Shown: positions 50,551-62,450 of the stretch, piece by piece
How positions within the stretch are numbered: the stretch's first letter is position 1
Layout: every line of letters starts with the position of its first letter
Source of the DNA: Raillietiella orientalis
Lineage: Eukaryota
DNA length: 64,000 nt
Direction of reading: 5' to 3'
Assembly (NCBI GenBank): GCA_036172245.1
Contig: JAYWIR010000025.1
Location: 1,612,001-1,676,000, forward strand
Notes under the pieces: model-generated
The model's input: only the letters and a program-made list of their open reading frames with translations
Told to the model about the DNA's origin: nothing
The model's database searches: none
Program-made: the position numbers and the translations under genes

Positions 50551-53136
50551 ACAGCACCAGGCAACCCATCTCAGCTCCGTGGCGGTCCGGTCCCACGCAG
50601 GTCATCGTCAGGGGGCTTCCTGCAGGTGCCCCGGTGGAAGCCTGTCTCATCCTCCGCCGACCTCGCAGCCTGTCCGAGGTCAGCCCACTGCGTGCGGATC
50701 GTCACGCAAGCAGCCGCTCGGTTCCTTCGACAACAGCGACCTTCCCTCGTCCGAACGAGCCCGAGTCCCAATGACTCGCTCCCTTCCGAAGGGAAGCCGC
50801 ATATCGGGCACGGAGCGAGGTCGAGGAGCTCCGGACGAAAGCAGCATTCGGCGGCGAAAAAGAGTAGAAGGCGTTGAGACCCTGGATCGTTGCGCTGCCT
50901 ACCGCCCCGGGGTCTGCGTTCGAGGAATCCGTTGCTTTCCCTGGAGCATCGTCGCTTCCCAGCAGCGCAGAGGTCGAGGGGAAGACGAGAAGTGGGAGGG
51001 GAGGGGGGGAGGGGAAGGGGAGCGCAAGGTTTCCCGCCTAACGCCCTTAGCGGGCCATCTCCGCGTGCCTCGCGTCCTCCGCCCCCGCTACGCCGCGACC
51101 TCCTGCATCCGGGACCCATCTCTCCCGCGGGGAGAAAATCGATCCATCCCTTCGATCTTCCTTTTCGCTCACCTCCGGTATCGGCCGTTCTCCTCCCAGA
51201 AAGAAGGCGGGGGAGAGGTGCGTTACAGCTGTCGCCTTCGGCGTTTCTCCCGGATGACGAAGAATTTCACCCCGGTTCGACGAGGCAGGGACTTCGCCGG
51301 GCAGAGGGTTGCGCGTCTTCCTCCCGCCGCTCCTTCCGAGCGTCGCAAGCCGGCACACGTCCCTCCGCCGCAGTTACCGAGGCACAGAGCAACCTCACAG
51401 TTGCGCTCATCTCTGGCCGTGCACCTGAGCCCGCTTCTCGCAGGGCAGCACGAAGCCGGCGCCTTCGATAGTGACCTCGTCGTGGAACCTTTACGCGAGC
51501 GCATTCATCATTCAGCAGTCGGTGTGTTGACCTCGGAAGTGGTGAATGCCTACGTGTCTCGAGGCGGCCTCGGATTCTGGGTTTCGCCTGATCCCACTGA
51601 CGCCTGGGACGAGCCGTCCGCGTGTTTCGATTATATCGACTCGCACGCGGAAGCAAAAAACACGCCAGGTCCGTGCTGAGCGCTCTCTGCGCAAAGAAAC
51701 GCTCCAGGACCTCCCCCCTGTTATCCAGCTTCCGGTCCTTGATCCATTTCCGACCCGAGCCTCCGCAACCGTGGAAAGACTGCGCGCTTCTGCGTCCGTT
51801 GCCGTTGCCCGGCGACGCGCTAAGAGCGCTCCCAGCTTTGCCTCCTCTGCTCCCGCTGAGCGTTCCAAGCGAATGCGCTCTCCTCCCTCCTTGTCGTAGG
51901 ACGCAGGGCATATCCTATTGAAGCCTGGCCCCTTTACCGTCAGGGGCGCCATTCCACTCTCCTCCCCCCATCCCCCTCACCGGTCAGGTACCCCAAGGAT
52001 TAGAGGATACCCGACTCACGCGCCGCGGCTCCCCTCCCGCTTTCGCCTTGTAGCAGCCGCGAAAAGCTGCCTTCCTCGGGGGGAGGGGTGGCGCGATCCC
52101 CGCAGTCCGCGTCCCCCCACTGCTCCCAGGTCCGCGGCAGACCACGAGCTCGTGGTATTTCTCCCATTTCCTGAGCGGCGAGTCTCGGTCGCGCGTTCCC
52201 GCCTGCGGGCGCGTCCGTCCTCGGTTTCGGTCGTTGCTCGAGGGGGGGTCCACCCGAAAGTTGAGAGAAGCGTCGGACGGACTGTCACCTTTGTCGCCAC
52301 CTTCCCCCCCCCCCCCCCCCCGTTGTTTCTTCCGGAAAAGCTCCATCCTGACACAGGAACGGAGACGCAGTCCGGTACGCACGCACACGCGCGCGCGTGC
52401 CTGCTTGGAGGGTTTCCTCAGCCTTCCGGAAACCTGACGTCATCCGGGTGAGTTGGCTGGCAGACACCTCCCCACAAACGCGTGGGTGCTGCCGGGGCGG
52501 TCCGGGATGCTATAGTGGCGCTAGAAAGGAGGAGGTAGAGCACTATTTGCTCATCCTCCTCCTTCCCGGCAGCTCCGGGCACGGGCTTTTTTCTTTGCTC
52601 GTGTTCCAGCTGCCCAGAGGGCGTGCCGGGATGCAGACGAAATCCGGGAGAGGAAGGGTGGTTGGAGCGCTCTCAGTGGATGCGCTGTCGATGTGGGACC
52701 CACACTGCGTGCTGCCATCCGCTCCTATGGAAATCTCCCGAAAGTGCAGGAGATAACTCGGGAGGGGGAGGGAGGAAGGGGGGGGAAAGAAAAGAGGAGG
52801 CGAAAAAAGAAAACGCACGTGCTGGTCACGTGTTCGCGAGGGGCGCGTCCGTCCGTCCGAGCGGCGGCAGCGGCGAGGTCACTCCCGGAGGCTGGGGGGG
52901 GGGGGAGAGAAATGCGGAGGGAGTCGCCGCAGGAATTCGGTCGGTCCCGTTACTCCTCCGCCCCCGTCCCGCGGAGCGGATCCGCAGGCCGGGGCGAGGG
53001 GCGGCTGCTGCAGCTGCCGCCGCGGGGACGCGCATCTCGCACGGCGGGGGCCGAGGTGCAGAAGGGAAGGGGGAAGAAGTGGGGAAGGGCGCGGCTGTCC
53101 CTCCTGCACGCCTTCCCGTGCTCTCTCTCCTTCCAG

Positions 53137-53523
53137 GATGAACTCGTACAGCGAAACCGGTAAATTCCTGGACCCCAACCTGCTGCTGCCTCCGAGGCAA
53201 GAGCCGGCGGGAGACCAGCAGCAGCACCACCACCACCACCACCTGCTCTCCTCACCGGTCCTCTCGGAAGACGTCCACCGTCACCACCACCACCACCACC
53301 ACCTCCTCCCCGGCTCTTGCGGCCCAAGGCCGGGAGCGGCGCCACCCGCTGGGGACAGCGCCGCGGACGGAGGCAACCCTCCTACGCCTACGCCGCCCCC
53401 GCCGCAGACCGCGCTGGAGTCCCGCCTGCTCTCCCGCTCCAGGACCCCCCCGGACGCGGCTTCCCGAGAGGGCGGCGGCGCCAGCAGCTCAGACTCGGAC
53501 AGGGAGACTTCCTTCCCGCGCCG
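53137..53523 (+). CDS. Candidate coding exon, low-complexity His/Pro/Ser-rich, unknown product
   Basis: A strong acceptor (ctctctctccttccag|G ATG) opens a frame reading MNSYSETGKFLDP..QQQHHHHHH..HHHHHHH..PPPP, ending at a donor CG|gtaggc. Codons are GC3-rich. No domain was recognised. Confidence 0.4.
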
Positions 53524-55411
53524 GTAGGCGGCGACTCCTCTCACGGGCGCCCCCGGCCGGCTGCCCCTGCCTCCCGGAAGAAGAGAGGGAGGAGGAGGAG
53601 GAAAGGGCCAGTGAACGCGAACCAGTGATGACCAGCTCGACTCTGAGCTCCAGAGGGGGCTCGCCGCCCTTCCACATCTCGCCCCTTCCCTTCTTCGGCC
53701 CGACCGGAGACCGGGTTAGCGCGATCTCTCCGAGGCAACAGGCGGGCCGCGGTGACCTACTTCCCTGTCCCACGGAGCCCAGCCAACGGCTGGCCGTCGC
53801 CATGGACACCCCGGCAGATGCCGCTGAAAATACACGATGTTGCGTGACCTGATGGTGCTCTCTCTCTCTCTCTCTTTTCGCTGTCTTTCCTGGACAGCCA
53901 AGGCCCAGGTGGAAGGAAGGGACAAGGCCGACGCGTTTATGGGCTGCGAGCACCTCATCGGCTGGCTGCTGTTTGCTTTCCTCCCTGATGGGCTGGGGCC
54001 AGAGCGTTCCGGTCTCCGCCCCTTGCGTTCCCTCTTCCTGCCTTCATTCCCTGAACAGCCGTGACCATCCCTGGGTTAGGGAGGCGCCGTCAGAGCCACT
54101 TCCTCCCTCCTCACCCCAAACCTTCTTCCCGACTTCCCGAAGCTTAAGTGAAGGCGCGCACCAGAAAGTCAACCCGCCACCCAACCCCCCCTCCCACACT
54201 TCCCCTCTCTATATCTCTCTTTTCCATCTTGGGAAGGGGAGGGGAATGCAACATTTCATTCTCTCGACCTTCCCCCATGGATGGATCCGGAGAGGTAGCA
54301 TCCTTATCGGAGCACCAATGACAAGGCAGCCCTTCCGGACGCGCCAGAGAAACGCCAGGAAACCGTGCCCTAGAAACTCCCTCTCTGAGGTGTTCGGCAC
54401 GCTCGATTGGGAGACGAGGTCTACCAAGACAGCGGCCTCGCCTACGCCCACCCCACTACCCTTCCGAGTCCGGGGTACCCTGCAACGCCAGGGCCTCGAC
54501 TGGCAGCAAAAGGAAAGCGAGGCAGATCGGTGCGGCAGCTCAGAGGTCCCCAGTGGGGGACGAGGAAGGGAAAGGGAATTCGCTGGGTTCTGGGCGGGCG
54601 GACGTCGCCCGGGAAAAGGTCGTCTCCATCTCTCTAGCGCTCCACCGTCTCCAGGCACTTCCCTCCGCGAGCTGCTCGAATCAGTTCCCTGGACACGGAA
54701 TCATCCGTGTTCCGGGGAGTGCCTCGTCACCATGGCGTCTCCTTCCCCTTCGTGCTCCTCTACGTGTGGCACTTCAGTCGTCTCCTGACTCCGGCGTCGC
54801 AGGGCCGCCGCCTCCGTCGTGCGGCTTGACCCGGATCGCAGACCCTGTGGGGGGAACGTACCAGACGGTGGCGGGTGACCCAAATGCTCGCTGACCATCG
54901 ACTGGCAGCGCCACGCGCTCCTTTCCTCCTCTTCCTTCTCCGTCCCCCTTCCAAGGCGGACCTCGTCGCCGGTCCTCTTTCTTCGTCGCTTCCTTTCCGG
55001 CATCCCGAAGGGAGGAAGGGAAAGTGGCGGCGGCGGCGACTCCGGCGGCGCAGGGGAGAAAAAAAAGTGGGAAAGGAAGGAGGCCGCCCGTGCCTCCCTC
55101 TCCACAGCTTCTGTTCCATCGGATGAATTTGACGCTCCCGGCCGCGAACGTGCTCGAGGCCTGAGGTTCCGCTGTTCCCAGAGAGCGCCCCTCCCACGGA
55201 AAGCCGGTGCGATGGCCCCGACGCTTTCTGGGAGCACGAACGCCCACCGCCCCCTTTCCAGATCCCCGCGGAAGTTGCGGAATCCACTCCTCCTCCCGGT
55301 TGCCCGTGGCGCTCGTAGAAGCCGGCGCGGATCCCCAGGGGCGCGGCTGCCCTGCGGTGGGCGGCAGCACCGGCGAGAACCCGCACCGGGAACGCGCGCG
55401 CACGCACGCGC

Positions 55412-55554
55412 CCATTGTTTACGCCTTCGCAGGGAACACGCGGAAGACGCAGGGACGCGAAAACAAGTAGCCAGGCAACTGCGCGCCGCGTTGCCGGGGA
55501 ACCCGAAGGCTGCGGCAGAGAGGCTCCGGTGCTTTCCGACCGAAGAGATGGAGG
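55412..55554 (+). repeat. 143-bp direct duplication, copy 2
   Basis: Ungapped match to 50408..50550 (~95% identity). Confidence 0.95.
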
Positions 55555-58500
55555 CGATCGATAATGGCGCTCAGCGTCGCGGGTGAGCAGGTCCGCGTTC
55601 CTCTCGGAGAACGAGACGGGGTGCATGGGGAGACAGGGAGGAAGAAGGCAGTGTCCGCCCACACCGGCAGATGGCGCCCCTCGCCTTGCTCCCGGAGCCA
55701 AGGAACAAGCAGAATGTGCTCACGGTGCGGAGTAAAACAACGAAGCGAAGGTTGCTGCTGCTGCTGTTGTCTGTTTTGTTTTGTTTTGCCCTTTTGTTTT
55801 TGGACGGCGCGACCCGACCCGCGGCGAGCTCGCGAAACTCCTCGGCGCGCCATCTGCTGGATTTCACCCACCGGCGTGAATCGTCAGCCCCAAAAACCTG
55901 GGAGCGCCGTCAGCGGCGCTGCAGTTCGGCAACTCAGGGTCACTGAGCGGACTGCTGGAGAGGAAGGAGGAGAGGATGGGAAGGAGCAATGCGCTGGACC
56001 CGTTCTGCAAGCCTGTCACGACCCGCTTCCAGGAAGAGCGGGGGAGCGGCTGCCGCGCGTGAGATCAGCTTCCTAAGCCCTCCGATCCGGAAAATCGGAG
56101 GAAGAGGGGCGCCCTCTCTGGGCACAAGCCTTCCTTCCCACAGTCCCACTCTGCTGATGGCGCGCACCTCACGTTGGCGGCGCGGGCCAACCACGGCTTT
56201 TTGTACCCCGGCTGCGGCGATTCGGAAGGCGGTGATTCCCGCCGGGCCCTCTCGATGGAGGGACGGACATCGGCCTTTAGGATTGCCGCGAAAATGGGGA
56301 GCAGAGGATGGGATGCGACGGGGAGCACGAAGGCGCATCCACTCTCTCCTTCCCAGAAGACTCAGCAATAGGATCCTGGCGCACGGTTCCGTCGCGGGAA
56401 CGAGTCAATCCCTGAGGATGGGGCATCCGCCCGCTCGTCTTCTTCCCGACCTCGCTCCCGATCTGCAGCGGTCCGGGAAGGACAACGAAGTGTGCGGGAG
56501 GGGGAGAAAGCGAGGAAGGAGGATGGGCGTGAGTGAGTACGAGAATTGGTGTCTTCCTTGAGAGGCAGCCGCCCAACCGGGCCGGAAATCAGTCTGGTCA
56601 CGAAGGGCGCTCGCGCCGATCGGGGGCGCAGCGATGACGCAAAAAAAAAAAAAAAAATGTCTCTCTTTATGGCGCTGAAATTGATTTGTGCGCGCCAGAA
56701 TTGGCCCGCTCACAGAAAGTGTCGGTTCGCCCCACGCCGAGGAACACGCGGAGGCCTATGAAGGAGGGAGAACGTCGCGGCGTTCACAAACGGCAAGCGA
56801 CGATGACCGATTGGTGCGAGCGAGGCGCCCTATGAGGCAACCGCTCGAGCCGAGCAAGAGTGCCCTTCCTCTTCTTCTTCTTCTTCTTCTGCTGCTTGTC
56901 CATTTTTTTTCCTTCTCTTTCTCCTGGTTCAGCCAGTGTTCCTCCTTCGGGCCACATCTTTCGCGTAATGGACTGCCGGCACGCAGAGATTTTAGGGAAC
57001 GTCCGCCCACAGGAACGGCATCGGTTCGCAGTCTTCCTCGCGGGATGGTCCAGCTGCTTGCACGCTGCGAGAGCGGTGCTCCCCTTTGACCACTACGACC
57101 TCGAGGAGGCTCGGGCGGCGGCGTCGACAGCAGTGCGGGCGAATGAAACTCCGGACTCGTCCAAGCCCGCCCGGAGCGCTCCTGCTGGCGTTCTTTGCAT
57201 CCGCAGTGCCCTGGAGTGCTCTGGGATGACATGCCCGGGGGCGAGGACTCCTTTCTGAAGATGGCGTAATCAACTCGGCTCGAGCTTTCGATATCCTGCC
57301 GAACTTGACAGGGATGTCGGTCACCCTTCCCGTCCTCGCTCCAAGAGGTGCTTTAATGAATTCCCTCCTGCCTCCAGGAGAGCCTTCCTCAACTTCTTGC
57401 AAATTCGGAAGGGGCAGCGGTGGCTTCCAGAAAGCAAAGGTCACAGGCGGCGGCAGTAGGGCGGTTGATCGTCGACCTCGGAAACGGGGGCACTACTGAT
57501 CTAGCCCTCCTCTGAGGACGCAGGGGGTCTTGGCAAGCAATCTGAGCGCTCGCTCATCGAGGACGAAACCAGGAGAGCTCCCCCATCCGCAATGGGGTGG
57601 ACCAGAGGCCCTGCGGAAGGAAAACAGCGCGCATGCTGCCCAGGAGCGCTCGAGGCGACGCCCATGCATCTGCGTGCCCTTTTGCCATGCACGCCTCCTC
57701 TTCCGAAGAGGGGGGGCAGTGGGAGTCTCATCTGAGCTGCCGAAGTCCGGGTGGACCAGCACAAACATGTGTCGCCACCCCTGGAGCCACCACGGCCAGG
57801 CGCGGACTCTCCCCGCTTTCGGGCCGTGGTCACCGCCTTCAACGCGCCGTACAACTCCGCTCGCTTGAGACCGCTCCTGAGCGGACCAACAACGAAAGCC
57901 CTGCGCAACATAGGTGCGAGATGTGCGCGCATAGACGTGCGCACCGACTGCACTCGCGCAAGAAGAAACGCCCACTCCTACGGGATGCGCATCGCACAGT
58001 GCGCAAGCACTCCGCAGAAGAAATCCTGTGCATCCTCGTGCAGCGCACGAGGACAGCAGTCAGTGATCATGTGAGGGCGGCCATGACTGAGATTCTTGAT
58101 GTTCTAGTGGGCAGCCGGTAACCGGACTCGCCACTGAACACTCGCTATTTAGTGTACGGTGTTTACGCCCATGGAAAGGAGAGAGTGTTTTTCGAAGGCT
58201 TCTTGGCCAGACTTGTACTTGCGGTCAACAGGCGCGCGAAGGTGGATGAAGTCAAAGAAACAAAGAAACATAGTTCCAGAGGCCAGAGGCAGAGGTTGCT
58301 TCGAGATGGCTGAGGGGCTCTGCAGGTTTAAAAGGGGTCTCAAGGTCCAAAGATGCGAAGGGAGCTCCCGAGAGCGGTCTGCTCTCCCTCAACAGGACGG
58401 CGGGAGAGCGTCATGTTTTTCCCGTTTCAGGTGCTTCGTCGTTGATGAGGTCTCCATAGCTTCTCGGCGCACGCCTGCATGGTCTGTGTTCCCTTAGGGG

Positions 58501-60049
58501 AAGCAGGCATCTGGAAGGAAAGGAAGAGGTGCAGGACTCGAGGTCGCGTTTCGGGTCGGCAGCCCCCCCTCCCTGCCTAGGAAACGTCCGCCGCAGCCTG
58601 AAAGATTGCAGCATCCGTCCACGACTTGGAATCGGATCGCAGAGGACTGAAGATTTTCTACCGCCTCCTGGGAAAGAGAGCAGGAAATTCTTCTGCTGCA
58701 AGTTGGTTTGGGCACCGACTTGTAGTCGTAGCGCGCAGCGCCCAAATACGCACCTCTGTGCAACAGCGGGACGGGAAGTTGCACGCGGCGGCAAAGCAGT
58801 TAAGCCCTCGGTGACGTCACGTCACGCCGCACCATGCGAAACGAAAATCCGGCGGCGCGGGGCAGGGGTCGAACGCCCCACGCTCAGGACAGGACCCGTG
58901 AGGTCGCGTGAAATCTGCGCCTAGCAAAAGTTTTCCGCAAGAAGAGTCCTGTGGATGTTGCGATCCCCTCCCGCGAGAGAGTGGCAGGTCCGTGCGGGAG
59001 ACGAACAAATAGGAGCTCTTCGGCAGGGACACGCCAGAGGCGAATCACTGAAATTCATCTTCGGCATATTGTGAGTTTCCAAAAACAAAAACACCATCAC
59101 AACAACAGCAAACTGCCATCATTTGGAGGTGTCTGAGTTGTGGCAACACGTTGGCTTCATCCGAGCAATGCTGCTTAGCAACATCATCGAAAGGAGAGGG
59201 AAAATGGAGGAGGAGAGATAACAATAGGTGGTTCTATTGCAAATTGAAAAGAGGGACAGAGGAGCGAAAGAAGCGAACACACGAGGTGGATGAAGATCAG
59301 AGAGTGGCCGGCTGCGTGGAGCGCGCGCGACACAGGAGCAGTGCCCGAGCACACACGATTCCCGTGGGAGGAGGGGAGCGGCCGAAGATCCCATAAAGTG
59401 CCGTGTCTGGTGCAGTAGACCCGGACAGCCCGTAAGCGGGAGGGATGGGGGAGGAACGACGTCCGCTCGGTGTGTTGCTGCGCGGGGAGCGGAATGTTTT
59501 TCCGAGGCGCTCAGTATCCGTGGGAGAGGAGGACGTGGTTCAGCGGCATCAATGAGATGCACATCAGCCGTCAATAGCGTCCGCGATCCGTGACACACTT
59601 ACAGAAATGTCAAAGGTCGCCCTACAGGATCTCCGAAAGCCAGGAGCGCTCTTGTGCAAGATGCTCTACGGGTTCTGTTCTTGCTGCGCCTTTTTATTGT
59701 TATTTTATTTTATTTTTTTTGCTCGTGCGCGTACTGCTTCCCTCTGCAGCGTGGATTTCATCTTCGGGAAGATCACCTTCGGTTCGAATAAACAGCGCAC
59801 GCTCGCCTGGTGCTCCGAACGCGTGATGGCCAATTGCGAACCGATTTCAGTGCATCATGGCGGACCCTCCCCTTGTGTTTTGGCGAGGCACGCGCTGGCG
59901 GTGTGGCACAGGGAGTCGCGGGTTCGAATCTAGCCCAGGGAAGCATCGACGCCGAGAAATGGGGGCAAACCGTGAGTTTCGAGTTCACCCCGGCAGGATG
60001 ACACTGGTTAGCCTGTAGGCTTTGGGTGCGACCCTGGTGGAAGCAGGAA

Positions 60050-60560
60050 GCCCCCGTTGACTGGCCGGAATGGGAAGTTGACCTTCCGAGAGGACCCTTC
60101 CAAGTATCATGGAGCCCTTCGGTGTTCCCCTCTGATTGGACAGACGGGCAAAGGGGAACCCTCCACTTCGTACCAAGGAGTTGGCGGACTGACACCTCTC
60201 CAGGGTGTGGGAGAAGCGCGTTGCTCCCTTCTGGGAGGGAGGTTGCCCTCCAGAGAAAACCATAAGCGTCCCTTCGGGGTTCTCTTCAGAGGAGGAATAA
60301 CAAGGAGCAGATTGTTTCCAAGGGGTTTCATCCGGAGAAGAAAAAAGAAGGGCGACCCCCCAGAAACCGGACGGACCCTCCGGGGGGAATGCGGAAGAGG
60401 TTCTCTTCGGGGTTCCCTCCCGAGCTTGAGGAACGCAATCCTTCCCCTGGGAACCCTTGCTGGACTCATAGGGGAAGGGTACCAAGGACCTCACGATCAG
60501 GACGAGCGCACGTGGACACTCTTCTGGAAGGTTCCGAGTATCCCGGGCACGAACGAGGGC
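60050..60560 (+). mobile_element. Second diverged copy of the repeat family at ~7260-7520 (L1/Tx1-like relic)
   Basis: Collinear DNA blocks are shared with 7270-7510: gagcc(t/c)ttcgg, ttcgtacca, agaag(t/c)gcg(c/t)tgctccctt, ttctcttcagagg..aacaaggagc and ccctccgg..gaatg.ggaagagg. Confidence 0.65.
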
Positions 60561-61699
60561 GAACTGCGTGTTGCGCTCGACCCTGTAAGGGCCGCCGCAT
60601 GGAAGGGGCTCTTCTGATGCCGCACCCCCAAGGTACTCATGAAGCACACAGAGAGGAGGGAGGGAGAAGGAGAGGAGGACCGCGAAGGGTTGATGCCCAA
60701 TTTCCGGTTCGCCAACGGAGAACCCGGCTTCGGGCGCGAGAGCGCTCGACGTGCAACCGAAGTGCGAGTCATCTGCAGAGTCATCTCGCGGGGCGACTAA
60801 AAACCCACCCGGCTCGGAGTCCACCCTTCACGGGAGCTCATCGCGCGGTTGTCGGTGCCACGCGGTATGCACGCCGTGGCCACGCAACCGCGTTCGGCGC
60901 GGACCGCGTGCTGAGCACGCCGGTGAGCAGACGAGAAGGCGGGAACGGAAAGTTCTCACCATTTCGCGAGAAAGCCCCAGGAGAGCCTACAGTTCTGGCC
61001 GGCGGGAACGGGATGCCTGGAGCGGGGAAGCGTCCGTCCCGTGAAGAATAGGATGCTTTGCGTGTGCAGCTCCTCTGGCAACGTCGACTGAGGAGGGGAG
61101 GGAGAAAGAGAAGGAAAAAAAAAGGACCGGAGGCCGCCGCTCGATTAGATCAGAGCCTCAACGACTGCTGCTGCGGTTCCCGTTGACAAGCACCCATTCA
61201 TCGTCTGCAGCAGCAGAAGCATTTTTTCGGGGCCATATCTCAGGATTTCATCTGCTTCGGATGCGTCTCCTCCTTCCCACTCCGTCTTCCGTCACGGGCG
61301 AGATCTGCTGGTGCCGAATCCCGGTGGACCGCTGGACCACTTTCCGGGCGTCTCTCTGGCACGGCTGCGAGCCGCCCTGGCAGCGAGAGCCCTGCAGGCG
61401 CGCGAGGGACGGACCTTCTGAGGGAAAACGCAAGCCGGCGGTGGCGGCTCCCGTTCGCCCGGTTCCAACGTGGAAAATTCGCTAGCGCCGGAAGGGGCGC
61501 CGCCATCAAACCGGGAAGAGGAGTGATTCCTCTCACCTCTCTCCCCTGGGCTGCCACGCCGCGCGAACACGTGACCGCAGCCAAGGAGAGGCCCTGAGGA
61601 GCGAGCGAAGGCCCCAGAGCTCCGCTTCCAGAAGTGGCACGCTGCTCCTGTGTGCTGCATGGCCCTTGACCTTCCCCGCGACCTGCGAGCAGCGGCTGC

Positions 61700-62450
61700 T
61701 GCAGGGGGTGGGGAAAGCATGACCAGTGTCACGGGACAAAAAGGAAATAGAGGTCTTACTGGTGTGGGAGCCGCAGCCAGCGGAGTCCGCCAGGGCCGGC
61801 GAAAGCGGCGAGGTTGCGGAGCTCCTTTTCAGAGGCTGCTGCGAGGACCTCCCTTTTTTTTCCTGGCCACCCGCGGGTGGCCGGGAAGCGGAGGACCGGA
61901 GCTCCTGGATTCCCTCCTGCTCTTGAATGGCCGCAAACCGGCTGCTCGGATCCGCACCTCTGGCAGGAGAGGATGACCGACGTCTACCTGGAACTGCCCG
62001 CTCCCTTCCCGGGGCTTCCGCCGGCGCTGCTACCCGCCTGCAGCGCCACCACGTTGGTCGGCGCGCGACAAGCGTACAAGGCGGAGAGAGCGCAGCGGTT
62101 GAATCCGAGGATCCACCGCCGCGGAGTGGACCGAAGGGGAAACGAGGGCGGGAGGGGAAGGAGGGGGGCGTTCTCCAGCCCCTTCGTGCGCTCCCAGTTC
62201 GAATGCGTGAGGGGTTCCGCTGGTGGCGCGGCGGCGGGGCAACCGCACCTAAGGAGCCGCCGCTGCCACGGGGCGCGCGGGAGCCTCGGTGGGCCCGAGG
62301 TCCGTCCTGCTGGGGCCGGAGACTGGGTAAGAGGCGTCGGACTTTCCTCTCGCTTAGGACCCAGCGGTCTCTGTCGGAAAAGCCCGCGCCAGGATGGTGG
62401 AGCCACCCGCAGAAGGAAGGCACCAGGATGGCGTGTCGGCGTCGAACACG
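61700..62450 (+). mobile_element. Possible decayed R1/Jockey-type endonuclease relic
   Basis: IEVLLVWEP (cf. IDVxLIQEP), DVYLELP (cf. SVYxxP), LVG, DRRG and QPHL (cf. PTF) occur in order. Confidence 0.28.

Noticed and set aside
50387..51679. 430-aa ORF
   Set aside because: It has a GTG start, low-complexity GC-driven composition and no recognisable motifs.
52304..52321. C18 run and other long homopolymers as G-quadruplex elements
   Set aside because: Such runs are ubiquitous in this window, so this one is not distinctive, and lengths may be affected by sequencing error.
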